From positions 43,011 to 107,010 of the forward strand of contig JAHHSR010000001.1 of assembly GCA_020025075.1 (NCBI GenBank): a DNA stretch of 64,000 nt. Reading direction: 5' to 3'. This stretch comes from Pectinatus sp. (GTDB taxonomy: Bacteria > Bacillota > Negativicutes > Selenomonadales > Selenomonadaceae). Shown one piece after another: positions 19,877 through 28,125 of this stretch (position 1 is its first letter; the number at the start of each line of letters is the position of its first letter). The notes under the pieces were generated by a model, which was not told where the DNA came from, searched no databases, and worked only from the letters and a program-made list of their open reading frames with translations. The position numbers and the translations under genes are program-made.

Positions 19877-21409
19877 ATGCATAAAAAACTTTACCTGATG
19901 TCAGCAGCTTCGGCAGCAATGCTTTCTTGCTTAATCCCGCCACAGGCGGCTTTAGCAAGCAATATGTCTGATTCCACTAATACTGATGTTCAGCTGCTCA
20001 ACTACATTCAGGAAGAAAAAAATTACGCGCGCACGCATCGCCCTAATCCCGAGCTCATCAAGCTGCGCCAGCAAATAAATGAGGAAAAATTCATCCGCCC
20101 TTTAAATCCCGCTTACCCTGCTCCTATCGTCTTTGAAGGCGATGACCTTTCCTATGACACAAATACTGGCGCTGTCCTAGCTAAAGGCAAAGTGCGCGTC
20201 ACCCATGACTACTCTCGCCTTTATGCGCAAGATGTTAGCGGTAATACCAAAAAAGGCTACGTCGAAATTCCAGGCAAGGTGCATGTAGCTCAATGCATGC
20301 CACAAATGATAGCCGATGGGCGCGCAGCCTCTTACAATTACAACGAAAAGGAAGGGCAGATAAAAGACGTCAAGGGCTTTATCGGCAATCAGCATTTTAA
20401 AGGCGAGCAAGCCAACTTTTATCCCACTGAAACAATTATCTACAATGGCTATGTCACGCGCTGCCCGGCCAAAAAGCCCGATTACCGCCTCAGTGCTGAC
20501 AAAATCGAAATCTATCCCGATAGCCATCTTGTCGCCTACAATGCCAAGTTCTGGATTAAAAATGTCGTTGTCTACCAAAAAAAGCGTTATATAGCTCCTA
20601 TTGGCAAAGCTGCTATCGGTTCAAAATCAGCCATTCCCGTCCATCTTAATTTTAACAGTAACGATGGCATGCAAATCCGCTATGAATACAGCCATAACAT
20701 AAGCAAAAATATTGATAGCTATGTTCATTTTAATTATTATACAAAGCGTGATTTGCGCAATGTCTATGGCGTCGTTTGGCATGACAAGGCCTACTCACTT
20801 CGCACGGAATATGGCTATTATGAAGACAATAATGACAACTGGATAAAAAAGATTCCAACAGCCATCTTTTCCTACCAGATGCCCATTCCAAAATCTCCCT
20901 TTGACTTTACTTATTCATTAGAGTATGGGCGCTGGAAAAACGGCGAAATATCAAGCTGGCATCGTGAAAATGCCATCGATTTAACCCGTAGACCGCTCAA
21001 ATTATCGAAAGCTTCCACCTTATACTCAGATGTAGGCTATTCTTGGACGCACGAATCTTATAATGAAAGTATGCAGCGCAATTTCCATTATGATTTGAGC
21101 CTTGTATCGAATATCAACGCTAAGATGGCAGGCTACATGGCTTACCATTATTCGCGCTCAACGACAGCAAATTCACTTTTTGATTTTGGGCTCGATAACT
21201 ACTCAAAGAAAGTGACAGCAGGCCTTAGCTATCAGCTAACTCCTAAAGACAGAATAGTTATTGCCAATGAATTTGACGCCGGTGATGCCATGCGCACCAA
21301 AGACCGCGATTATTATTGGTACCACGATTTCCACTGCTTTGACATGATGGTGCGCTACCGTGAAAAACGGCATAGCTGGCACGTCAAATTCGGACTTGTC
21401 CACTGGTAA
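19877..21409 (+). CDS. lptD: LptD/OstA-like LPS-assembly outer membrane protein (compact form)
   Basis: Signal peptide ending AALA. OstA-like N-domain (VFEGDDLSYDTNTGAVLAKGKVRV...). LptD-like segment GYVTRCP..PDYRLSADKIEIYPDSHLVAYNAKFWIKNVVVY. Aromatic-rich beta-strand region ending in terminal W. Confidence 0.6.
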   Translation: MHKKLYLMSAASAAMLSCLIPPQAALASNMSDSTNTDVQLLNYIQEEKNYARTHRPNPELIKLRQQINEEKFIRPLNPAYPAPIVFEGDDLSYDTNTGAVLAKGKVRVTHDYSRLYAQDVSGNTKKGYVEIPGKVHVAQCMPQMIADGRAASYNYNEKEGQIKDVKGFIGNQHFKGEQANFYPTETIIYNGYVTRCPAKKPDYRLSADKIEIYPDSHLVAYNAKFWIKNVVVYQKKRYIAPIGKAAIGSKSAIPVHLNFNSNDGMQIRYEYSHNISKNIDSYVHFNYYTKRDLRNVYGVVWHDKAYSLRTEYGYYEDNNDNWIKKIPTAIFSYQMPIPKSPFDFTYSLEYGRWKNGEISSWHRENAIDLTRRPLKLSKASTLYSDVGYSWTHESYNESMQRNFHYDLSLVSNINAKMAGYMAYHYSRSTTANSLFDFGLDNYSKKVTAGLSYQLTPKDRIVIANEFDAGDAMRTKDRDYYWYHDFHCFDMMVRYREKRHSWHVKFGLVHW

Positions 21410-21416
21410 GGAGGAA

Positions 21417-22412
21417 ATGAAAATGTGTGAGCTTTCTCCTATGCTAAAGAGCCTTTTTAACGGGCATCTCATGGTCATTGGCGACATGATTTTAGACCGC
21501 TATCTCTTTGGCGTTATTGAACGCATTTCACGTGAAGCACCCGTTCTGGTTTTGCAGCAAGCAGAAGAAAAATCCGTTGCCGGCGGCGCTGCCAATGTAG
21601 TCAATAATATTGCTTCCTTAGGCGGTTTTGTCTTTGCCGTTGGCGCGTTGGGAGAAGATAGCGCTGCGCAAAAATTAAAGGCTATCTTTGCTTCTAAAGG
21701 CAATGTCTCCTCAGAGGGAATGCTTTACCTCAAAGACCGCCATACCATCACCAAGACGCGCGTCATCGCCGGCGGACGGGCCACTGTCAGTCAGCAGGTT
21801 GTGCGCATTGACCGCGACTGCCGCAAAAAACTGACCGCTCCATCAGAAGATGCCCTTTTAAAGGCAATCGACAATCTCTTGCCTAAGTGCAACGGCGTCA
21901 TCTTGAGCGATTACGGCAGCGGCACGATAACGCCCGCTATCCGCCGCCATGTAATTGAATTTTGCCGTCAAAAAAACATTCCTGCCATAGTCGATTCGCG
22001 CTACGATATAACGAGCTTTTCGGGCATTGATTATGTCAAGCAAAATGATGCGGAAATCGCCAGTGCCCTAAAAATGGAAGTAAATACTCCGGAGCAGCTC
22101 AGCCGGGCAGGACGAGAACTTTTAGCACGCATGAAGGCCAAAGGAATTTTAGTTACACGGGGAGAAAAGGGCATGAGCCTTTTCCTAAAAGATGGCAGCC
22201 AGCACGATATTCCCGTTTCCGATAAAAGCGAGGTATACGATGTCTCAGGTGCAGGCGACACTTGCGTCGCCGCTTTCATGCTCGCCATTGCTTCTGGAAT
22301 TGACCCCATCACTGCCGCCCGCCTCTCTAATAGCGCTGCCGGTATTGCCGTGCGCAAAGTCGGCACGGCCACTGTTTCAAGCCAAGAGCTAGCAAAGGTC
22401 TGGAGGGATTAA
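21417..22412 (+). CDS. hldA: D-glycero-beta-D-manno-heptose-7-phosphate kinase (RfaE domain I / HldA type)
   Basis: Ribokinase-fold protein (VIGDMILDRY, GGAANV, DVSGAGDT). AAGGAGGA RBS lies before ATG 21417. The track start at 21360 overlaps lptD and was rejected. Confidence 0.85.
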   Translation: MKMCELSPMLKSLFNGHLMVIGDMILDRYLFGVIERISREAPVLVLQQAEEKSVAGGAANVVNNIASLGGFVFAVGALGEDSAAQKLKAIFASKGNVSSEGMLYLKDRHTITKTRVIAGGRATVSQQVVRIDRDCRKKLTAPSEDALLKAIDNLLPKCNGVILSDYGSGTITPAIRRHVIEFCRQKNIPAIVDSRYDITSFSGIDYVKQNDAEIASALKMEVNTPEQLSRAGRELLARMKAKGILVTRGEKGMSLFLKDGSQHDIPVSDKSEVYDVSGAGDTCVAAFMLAIASGIDPITAARLSNSAAGIAVRKVGTATVSSQELAKVWRD

Positions 22413-22880
22413 ATGCTCATCGCAACTGAAGATTTAAAGGATTTTTGCCACATTCTCAAAAAGGGGAAAAAGCGCCTCGTTTTGACAAATGGCTGTTTCG
22501 ATTTGCTGCATATTGGCCACATCACTTATCTTAATAAGGCAGCTGCCCTAGGCGATATTCTCATTGTCGGCATCAATAGCGACGCCTCCGTCAAACGCTG
22601 GAAAGGTAAGAACCGGCCCATAATCAGTGAAAAAGAGCGTGCTTTTTCCATTGATAATTTAAAATCGGTCTCTTATACGACCATATTTGATGGCACAAAT
22701 GCCGATGAACTTATCGAAATGGTAAATCCCGACGTCTACGTCAAGGGAGCCGATTACAGCCTAGAGAACTTGCCTGAGGCAGATACCTTAAATAGGCTTT
22801 CAATTAAAGCCGCTTTTATTGAAATGGTGCCAGAGCACTCTACGACAAGTTTAATCGAAAAAATCAAGGCTTCTTATTAA
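22413..22880 (+). CDS. hldC: D-glycero-beta-D-manno-heptose-1-phosphate adenylyltransferase (RfaE domain II / HldC type)
   Basis: 155-aa cytidylyltransferase fold (TNGCFDLLHIGHITYL). Its start abuts the kinase stop. Confidence 0.88.
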   Translation: MLIATEDLKDFCHILKKGKKRLVLTNGCFDLLHIGHITYLNKAAALGDILIVGINSDASVKRWKGKNRPIISEKERAFSIDNLKSVSYTTIFDGTNADELIEMVNPDVYVKGADYSLENLPEADTLNRLSIKAAFIEMVPEHSTTSLIEKIKASY

Positions 22881-22881
22881 T

Positions 22882-23916
22882 ATGGCTAAAAAATTTTTAA
22901 TCATCAAGCTAAGTGCCTTAGGCGATGTAATTCACGCCTTGCCGACGGCCACAGCTTTAAAAAAAGCATATCCCGCTTGCCACATCAGCTGGGTTGTCTC
23001 GCCGGCGGCACAGGATTTTGTCAAGGCTTGCCCTGATATAGACGAGGTTATCATTTTCGAGCGCCAAAGCCTCAATTCCCTAAGCAAGTTTTGCCACTAT
23101 ATAAAGCCATTTGCCCATATCCTAAAGCAAAAAAACTATGACTGCTGCTTTGATTTGCAAGGCCTTTTAAAATCTGCGCTCATTGCCTTTTTGTGTCGGG
23201 CGCAAAAAAAAATCGGCTATGCCGATTTGCGCGAAGGAAGCAATTTAATCAGCAAGGCCATTTGCGGCAAAAATGCCAAGGGGCATATCATTGAACGCTA
23301 TTTAGACACCGTGCGCAGCCTTGGCGTTGAAGTTTCCAATGCTGATTTAAATTTAAAAATAGATGCGGCCATAAAAGAGCATGCCCTGCAGCTTCTGCCA
23401 AGTAATATGCAAGAAAAGCTTCATTTTTGCTGCGCTTTTATTGTCGGCACAAACTGGCCGAACAAATGCTGGCCGCCTGCTCATTTTGCCGCTCTGGCTA
23501 AAATTTGCCAAAAACAGGGTATCACGCCCATCCTCTTTGGTGCCGGTAAAAGTGATTTTATAAGGGCCCAAGAAATTTTAGATAAAAGCGATGGTAATAT
23601 TATAAGCTTAGTTGGCAAAACATCACTTTTAGAAACAGCCACCTTAATAAAAAAGGTGCGCTTTTGCTTAGGCGGGGACACGGGCATGATGCACTTGGCC
23701 GCTGGCCTCAAGCGTCCTGTCATAATGCTCATGGGACCTACCGACCCTGTGCGCAATGGTCCTTACGGGCAGATAAAAAATGTCCTTACCGTTCCTTATG
23801 AATGCCGTTTCTGCTGGAAAAGGCGCTGCCAATTTAAGCGCGATTGCCTTTCTTGCCTGTCCCCTGAAACAGTTGCGGCAAAGCTCAGCGATTTAGGCCT
23901 ATTCAACAATGAATAA
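22882..23916 (+). CDS. LPS heptosyltransferase (glycosyltransferase family 9)
   Basis: 344 aa with IIKLSALGDVIHALP N-terminus and GGDTGMMHLAA C-domain motif typical of GT9 (WaaC/WaaF family). I cannot say which heptosyltransferase it is. Confidence 0.85.
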   Translation: MAKKFLIIKLSALGDVIHALPTATALKKAYPACHISWVVSPAAQDFVKACPDIDEVIIFERQSLNSLSKFCHYIKPFAHILKQKNYDCCFDLQGLLKSALIAFLCRAQKKIGYADLREGSNLISKAICGKNAKGHIIERYLDTVRSLGVEVSNADLNLKIDAAIKEHALQLLPSNMQEKLHFCCAFIVGTNWPNKCWPPAHFAALAKICQKQGITPILFGAGKSDFIRAQEILDKSDGNIISLVGKTSLLETATLIKKVRFCLGGDTGMMHLAAGLKRPVIMLMGPTDPVRNGPYGQIKNVLTVPYECRFCWKRRCQFKRDCLSCLSPETVAAKLSDLGLFNNE

Positions 23917-23995
23917 CGATTAAAACTATAAAAGGCGGTGTATAGATATTTTCTCTTATTACGCTTTAAAGGCACTCAGCAAATTCTTCTGCCTC

Positions 23996-24832
23996 TTGCC
24001 TGAAAAAATTGCCTATTCTTTAGGCGATTTAATCGGCGCCATAACTTGGCCACTTGTTCCCAAGAAACGGCGAAAAATGGCTTTAAAAAATGCTGCATTT
24101 AGCCTAAATCTGCCGCCACAAGAAGCGTTGCCCATCGTCAAGAAAAGCTGGACACAATTTGGTCGCATTATCGTCGAGGTAATGCGCTTTCCCATTATCA
24201 AAAAAAATATTCACTCTTATATAGAAATAAAGGGCAAAGAAAATCTCGACGCCGCTCTTTCTCTAGGCAAGGGTGGTATCATTGCCACCTCACATAGTGA
24301 TAATTGGGAGCTTTTAGGTGCCACCTTGGCACAAAGCGGCTATAAAGTCGTGGCCATTTCCCAAGAACAGACAAATCTCGGTGCTGATAAATTCATCAAT
24401 GAATACCGCGCCAGCATGGGATTATTCCCCATGTACAAATACAGCGTGCGCAATATGTTCAAAATGATTAAAGAAGGCTGGCTTATCGGCCTCGTCATGG
24501 ACCAAGACGCCGCAGAAGATGGTATCGTCATGCCCTTTTTGGGGCGCAATGCTTCCTGTGCCCACGGCGCAGCAACGATTGCCCGCCCCACTGGTGCACC
24601 GATTATTCCCATCTTCATAACGAAAAAAGGCGAAAAAAAACATCTTGTTTCCATCGAGCCGGCCATCTTTGTCGAAAAGGGAAAAAACAAGCATCACGAT
24701 ATCCGCGAGGCTACCTTTGCGGTAACCAAAATCATCGAGCAGCACATTTTGGCGCATCCTACTGAATGGCTCTGGCTGCACGACCGCTGGAAGTCGGTCG
24801 ACCGCCACCGCGCTACCAAAACCTACGAATAG
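23996..24832 (+). CDS. Lipid A late acyltransferase, LpxL/LpxM (lysophospholipid acyltransferase) family; true start probably upstream
   Basis: 278 aa from TTG 23996. HX4E motif HSDNWE. C-terminal PTEWLWLHDRWK resembles the LpxL end. The frame is open from 23924 and encodes a family-like N-terminal helix (see finding). Confidence 0.8.
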   Translation: MPEKIAYSLGDLIGAITWPLVPKKRRKMALKNAAFSLNLPPQEALPIVKKSWTQFGRIIVEVMRFPIIKKNIHSYIEIKGKENLDAALSLGKGGIIATSHSDNWELLGATLAQSGYKVVAISQEQTNLGADKFINEYRASMGLFPMYKYSVRNMFKMIKEGWLIGLVMDQDAAEDGIVMPFLGRNASCAHGAATIARPTGAPIIPIFITKKGEKKHLVSIEPAIFVEKGKNKHHDIREATFAVTKIIEQHILAHPTEWLWLHDRWKSVDRHRATKTYE

Positions 24833-24833
24833 C

Positions 24834-25850
24834 ATGGGGGAAAAAATGCAAAAACCTATCGATTTTACAGTCTGCTGGGTAGACGGCAGCGACCCGGCCT
24901 GGCAGGCGCAAAAAACTCAATACGACAAAAAAGGCGCTGGTGATACGCGCATCAGCCGCTATCGCGACTGGGACAACTTACAATATTGGTTCCGCGGCGT
25001 CGAAAAATTCGCGCCTTGGGTAAATAAAATCCATTTTGTCACTTGGGGTCATCTTCCAAAATGGCTCAATGTCAATCATCCTAAACTGAATATCGTCCGC
25101 CATGAAGATTATCTGCTCCCGCAATATCTGCCGACCTTTAGCTCCAGCCCGCTAGAACTTAACCTGCATCGCATCAAGGGGCTTGCTGAACGCTTTGTCT
25201 CCTTTAACGACGATATGTATATCATAAAGCCCGTTTCACGCGAATTGTTTTTTCAAAACGACTTGCCGACAGATTTTTGCATCGTAACGGCAATAAGTTC
25301 TCCGGTTAAAGGCGATATGATGCCTTTCATCAAATTCAATAGCATGGCCGTTCTCAATGCCAATTTTGACAAGAAAAAACAGGTACATGAACACTTTTGG
25401 AAATGGATGTCACCTAAATATGGCCTCAATGCCTTGCGCAACTGGATTTTTTCCGGTGAGCACCACTTCCGCGGCTTTTCTAACAATCATTTGCCCTACT
25501 CTTTCCTAAAGAGCACTTATGAGGATATTTGGACCAAGGAATTTGATGTCCTCAACGAAAGCAGCTGCCATAAATTCCGCAGCCGCAGCGATGTCGACCA
25601 ATGGCTTATTCGCTACTGGCAACTCGTCAAGGGCGATTTTGAACCCATTGGACGTCATGCTAAAGGGCGCGTTTTTGAAGTATATGGCGGAATCAAAGAC
25701 AATGAAGGGCTTTTCGCCGCCATCGAAAATCAAACCATGCCCATGCTCTGCATAAATGATAACGATAATATCGATTTTGAACCCGTCAAAGAACGCCTCA
25801 TCACTGCCTTTGCCAAAATTTTGCCGGAAAAATCATCTTTTGAGCTATGA
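24834..25850 (+). CDS. Stealth-family protein (putative sugar-1-phosphate transferase)
   Basis: Four Stealth-like conserved regions in order: CWVDGSDPAW; YRDWDNLQYWFRGVEKFAPWVNKIHFVTWGHLPKWLN; SFNDDMYI; LCINDND. Confidence 0.75.
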   Translation: MGEKMQKPIDFTVCWVDGSDPAWQAQKTQYDKKGAGDTRISRYRDWDNLQYWFRGVEKFAPWVNKIHFVTWGHLPKWLNVNHPKLNIVRHEDYLLPQYLPTFSSSPLELNLHRIKGLAERFVSFNDDMYIIKPVSRELFFQNDLPTDFCIVTAISSPVKGDMMPFIKFNSMAVLNANFDKKKQVHEHFWKWMSPKYGLNALRNWIFSGEHHFRGFSNNHLPYSFLKSTYEDIWTKEFDVLNESSCHKFRSRSDVDQWLIRYWQLVKGDFEPIGRHAKGRVFEVYGGIKDNEGLFAAIENQTMPMLCINDNDNIDFEPVKERLITAFAKILPEKSSFEL

Positions 25851-26926
25851 ATATTCTATTTTTAATTCCTCGCCTTAATATTGGCGGCGCTGAAACGCAC
25901 GTGGCTGACCTTGCACCATTAGTAAAAAAAGCCGGCCACAATGTCCACTTGGCTTCTGGCGGCGGCATCTTGGCTCAAAAATTAAAAGCGCAGGGATTGC
26001 CGCACCATTTTTTACCCATCAGACTCAGCAGTGATTTTTGCGCTTTTTTGCTCCAATTTATCGTCAAAAAATATCATATTGACATCGTTCATGCTCACTC
26101 AGCAGCTGCCGGTCTCACTGCCTTAAAGTGCAAAGAGCGCTATACGCCATCTCTTAAGGTCATCTATACAGCGCACGGCCTTTTTGGCAGAAAAAAAGAG
26201 CTGCCGCTCTTAAGATGTAACAAAATCGTCGCCGTAAGCCAATGCGTGCGCGATGTAGCCCTCGAAAATGGCTGTGAGGCGCAAAAAGTCTGTGTCATTT
26301 ATAATGGCATAGATATAAATCGCTTTTGCCCGCACGAAAACCTGCGCGAAAGCCTGCGCACTGCATTTGATATTCCGCCCGCTGCTTTTTGTCTAGCCCT
26401 GGTCGCGCGCATCAAAAACCTGCGCAATAAAGGACACCAAGTAATTTTAAATATTCTCGCGCAAAAAAAATGTGCCAAAGATTGGCACTTACTCGTCATC
26501 GGCTCCGGTAAAGGTAGCCATGCTTTAAAGCAGCAAATAAAAAAACTCGACTTAAAAAAGCGCGTTCATTTCATTGGACATCGCACCGATGTTGCCGACT
26601 GCCTCGCTGCGGCAGACGTCGTAACACTCCCTTCACGCTTTGAGACCTTTGGATTATCACTGGCTGAAGGAATGGCCACGCAAAAACCAGGTGTAGCTTT
26701 TGCCGTCGGCGGCATTGGCGAAATGTTAAAAGACGGCAAAAATGGCTTTCTCATCCCTTACGGCGATGAAAAAACATTTTCACAAAAGCTTAACCTTTTA
26801 GCAGAAGATGAAAACCTGCGCTATAATCTAGGGCTTGCAGCGCGTCAGTCCATTGCCGAAAACTTTTCCATGGACAAAATGCTCGCCGCCCTTTTACATC
26901 TATACGAAAAAATCAAGCGCGCATAA
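25847..26926 (+). CDS. Glycosyltransferase family 4 (GT-B, group 1)
   Basis: 359 aa with N-terminal IGGAETHV and a C-terminal EX7E-type region (PSRFETFGLSLAEGMA). Its start overlaps the upstream stop (ATGA). Confidence 0.85.
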   Translation: MNILFLIPRLNIGGAETHVADLAPLVKKAGHNVHLASGGGILAQKLKAQGLPHHFLPIRLSSDFCAFLLQFIVKKYHIDIVHAHSAAAGLTALKCKERYTPSLKVIYTAHGLFGRKKELPLLRCNKIVAVSQCVRDVALENGCEAQKVCVIYNGIDINRFCPHENLRESLRTAFDIPPAAFCLALVARIKNLRNKGHQVILNILAQKKCAKDWHLLVIGSGKGSHALKQQIKKLDLKKRVHFIGHRTDVADCLAAADVVTLPSRFETFGLSLAEGMATQKPGVAFAVGGIGEMLKDGKNGFLIPYGDEKTFSQKLNLLAEDENLRYNLGLAARQSIAENFSMDKMLAALLHLYEKIKRA

Positions 26927-27995
26927 TGGCTGCGATTTCCTCTAAAGAGGCCGGAAACTTAACGCCGGCCTTTTTCATTATACTCTTATAAGGCGGTGCA
27001 ACCGGACTTTGGCCAAAATCGGAAAGACTTATCGAGCGCAAGGGACGAGCAGCAAATTTTTGCGGGTATAAAAGCGCTGTTGACTGATAGCTGACCACGG
27101 CCTCAAGATTATCCTCGCGCGCAAAAATAATTTCTGCCGGCTCCACATTTTCATAAATTTCGAGCTGCGGAAAGTTAGCGCGATAAAAATCTATTTTCGC
27201 TGGATTATCGTTGGGATGCGGTTTATATAAGAGCTTTGCCTCCTTGGGCAACGAGCTCAATGTTTCCTTCAGGCAGGAAAATTCCTGCTCTAACGTATAC
27301 CAGCCCTTTTCAACTAGAGGCTGGCTCAAAAACAGCACGACCTTTTGGTCAAAAGTCGGCTTCAAAAAGGTATCGAGAGTATTTAGTGCTCGGGCAATAG
27401 CTTTTTCCTCAATGGCGTAGGCTTTTGGCGTCGGTCGCGCTAAAAGCTCAGGTGCATACATATAATCGCATATTCCCGCTTTGCTATCACTTGCCGTCGA
27501 AGTATTAAAGGCAAGCTTTGTCGAAATGCCAGCAGCCTTTGCTAAAAGATTGAGCTTCAGGCGATGAAAAACTTCATGCGTCAATGGACGGCGCCTATCC
27601 TCATTATAGTAGGAAAAAAGGCCATCTTCATAGCGGCAGAAGCTATCTTTTCCTAAAGCGGCGACCAAGAGCTGATTTTGCGGGTCGATATCACTACCTA
27701 AAAAGATATTGTCAAAGCCTATGGGACGCATCTTTTCCCTTACATAATTTGCCTGCTCACGCCTTGTCTGCGACTTATTTTTATGTGACAGCCAATTAAG
27801 AAGATAAAACACCTCTTGCCAATTGCCAGCTTTACTTGCCAAAAAGCGCATCGAGGCGGCATTTTGCCATTTTTCATAGCCATGCGGATGAATAAGGGCA
27901 AGGTAATTGTCCGATTGGCGGCAAATGCTGTTGGCAATAATGTAGGAGGTCAACAGATGATATGGTGTATTGACAATAAATAAATTTTTTCCCAT
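26913..27995 (-). CDS. Putative GT52/GT38-like glycosyltransferase carrying bacterial sialyltransferase motifs
   Basis: N-terminal KNLFIVNTPYHLL, an E-D-G motif (RYEDGLFSY, nt 27629-27621) and an HP motif (YKPHPND, nt 27218-27213), then QSTAL. ATG 27995 is preferred; the track start is 28016. Family assignment rests on motifs only. Confidence 0.5.
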   Translation of the reverse strand: MGKNLFIVNTPYHLLTSYIIANSICRQSDNYLALIHPHGYEKWQNAASMRFLASKAGNWQEVFYLLNWLSHKNKSQTRREQANYVREKMRPIGFDNIFLGSDIDPQNQLLVAALGKDSFCRYEDGLFSYYNEDRRRPLTHEVFHRLKLNLLAKAAGISTKLAFNTSTASDSKAGICDYMYAPELLARPTPKAYAIEEKAIARALNTLDTFLKPTFDQKVVLFLSQPLVEKGWYTLEQEFSCLKETLSSLPKEAKLLYKPHPNDNPAKIDFYRANFPQLEIYENVEPAEIIFAREDNLEAVVSYQSTALLYPQKFAARPLRSISLSDFGQSPVAPPYKSIMKKAGVKFPASLEEIAAIMRA

Positions 27996-28036
27996 GATAC
28001 CGGGTAAACTGCACATAAAATTAAGTTCCCCTTTTT

Positions 28037-28065
28037 AATTTTTTAGAAAAGTTTTATGGTATAAT
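28037..28065 (+). promoter_or_regulatory. Candidate extended -10 promoter for the GT8-GT8-GT9 unit
   Basis: TGgTATAAT at 28057-28065 in an AT-rich divergent intergenic region. The -35 is weak. Confidence 0.35.
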
Positions 28066-28125
28066 ACAAAAAGCAATCATTATAAACAACTTATATTATA
28101 TCATTTATTTCATCTTTTATAAATT

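Noticed and set aside
21360-21416. Upstream start for the heptose kinase, overlapping lptD by 50 nt.
   Set aside because: A strong AAGGAGGA RBS precedes ATG 21417, and the extra 19 residues have no kinase-like sequence.
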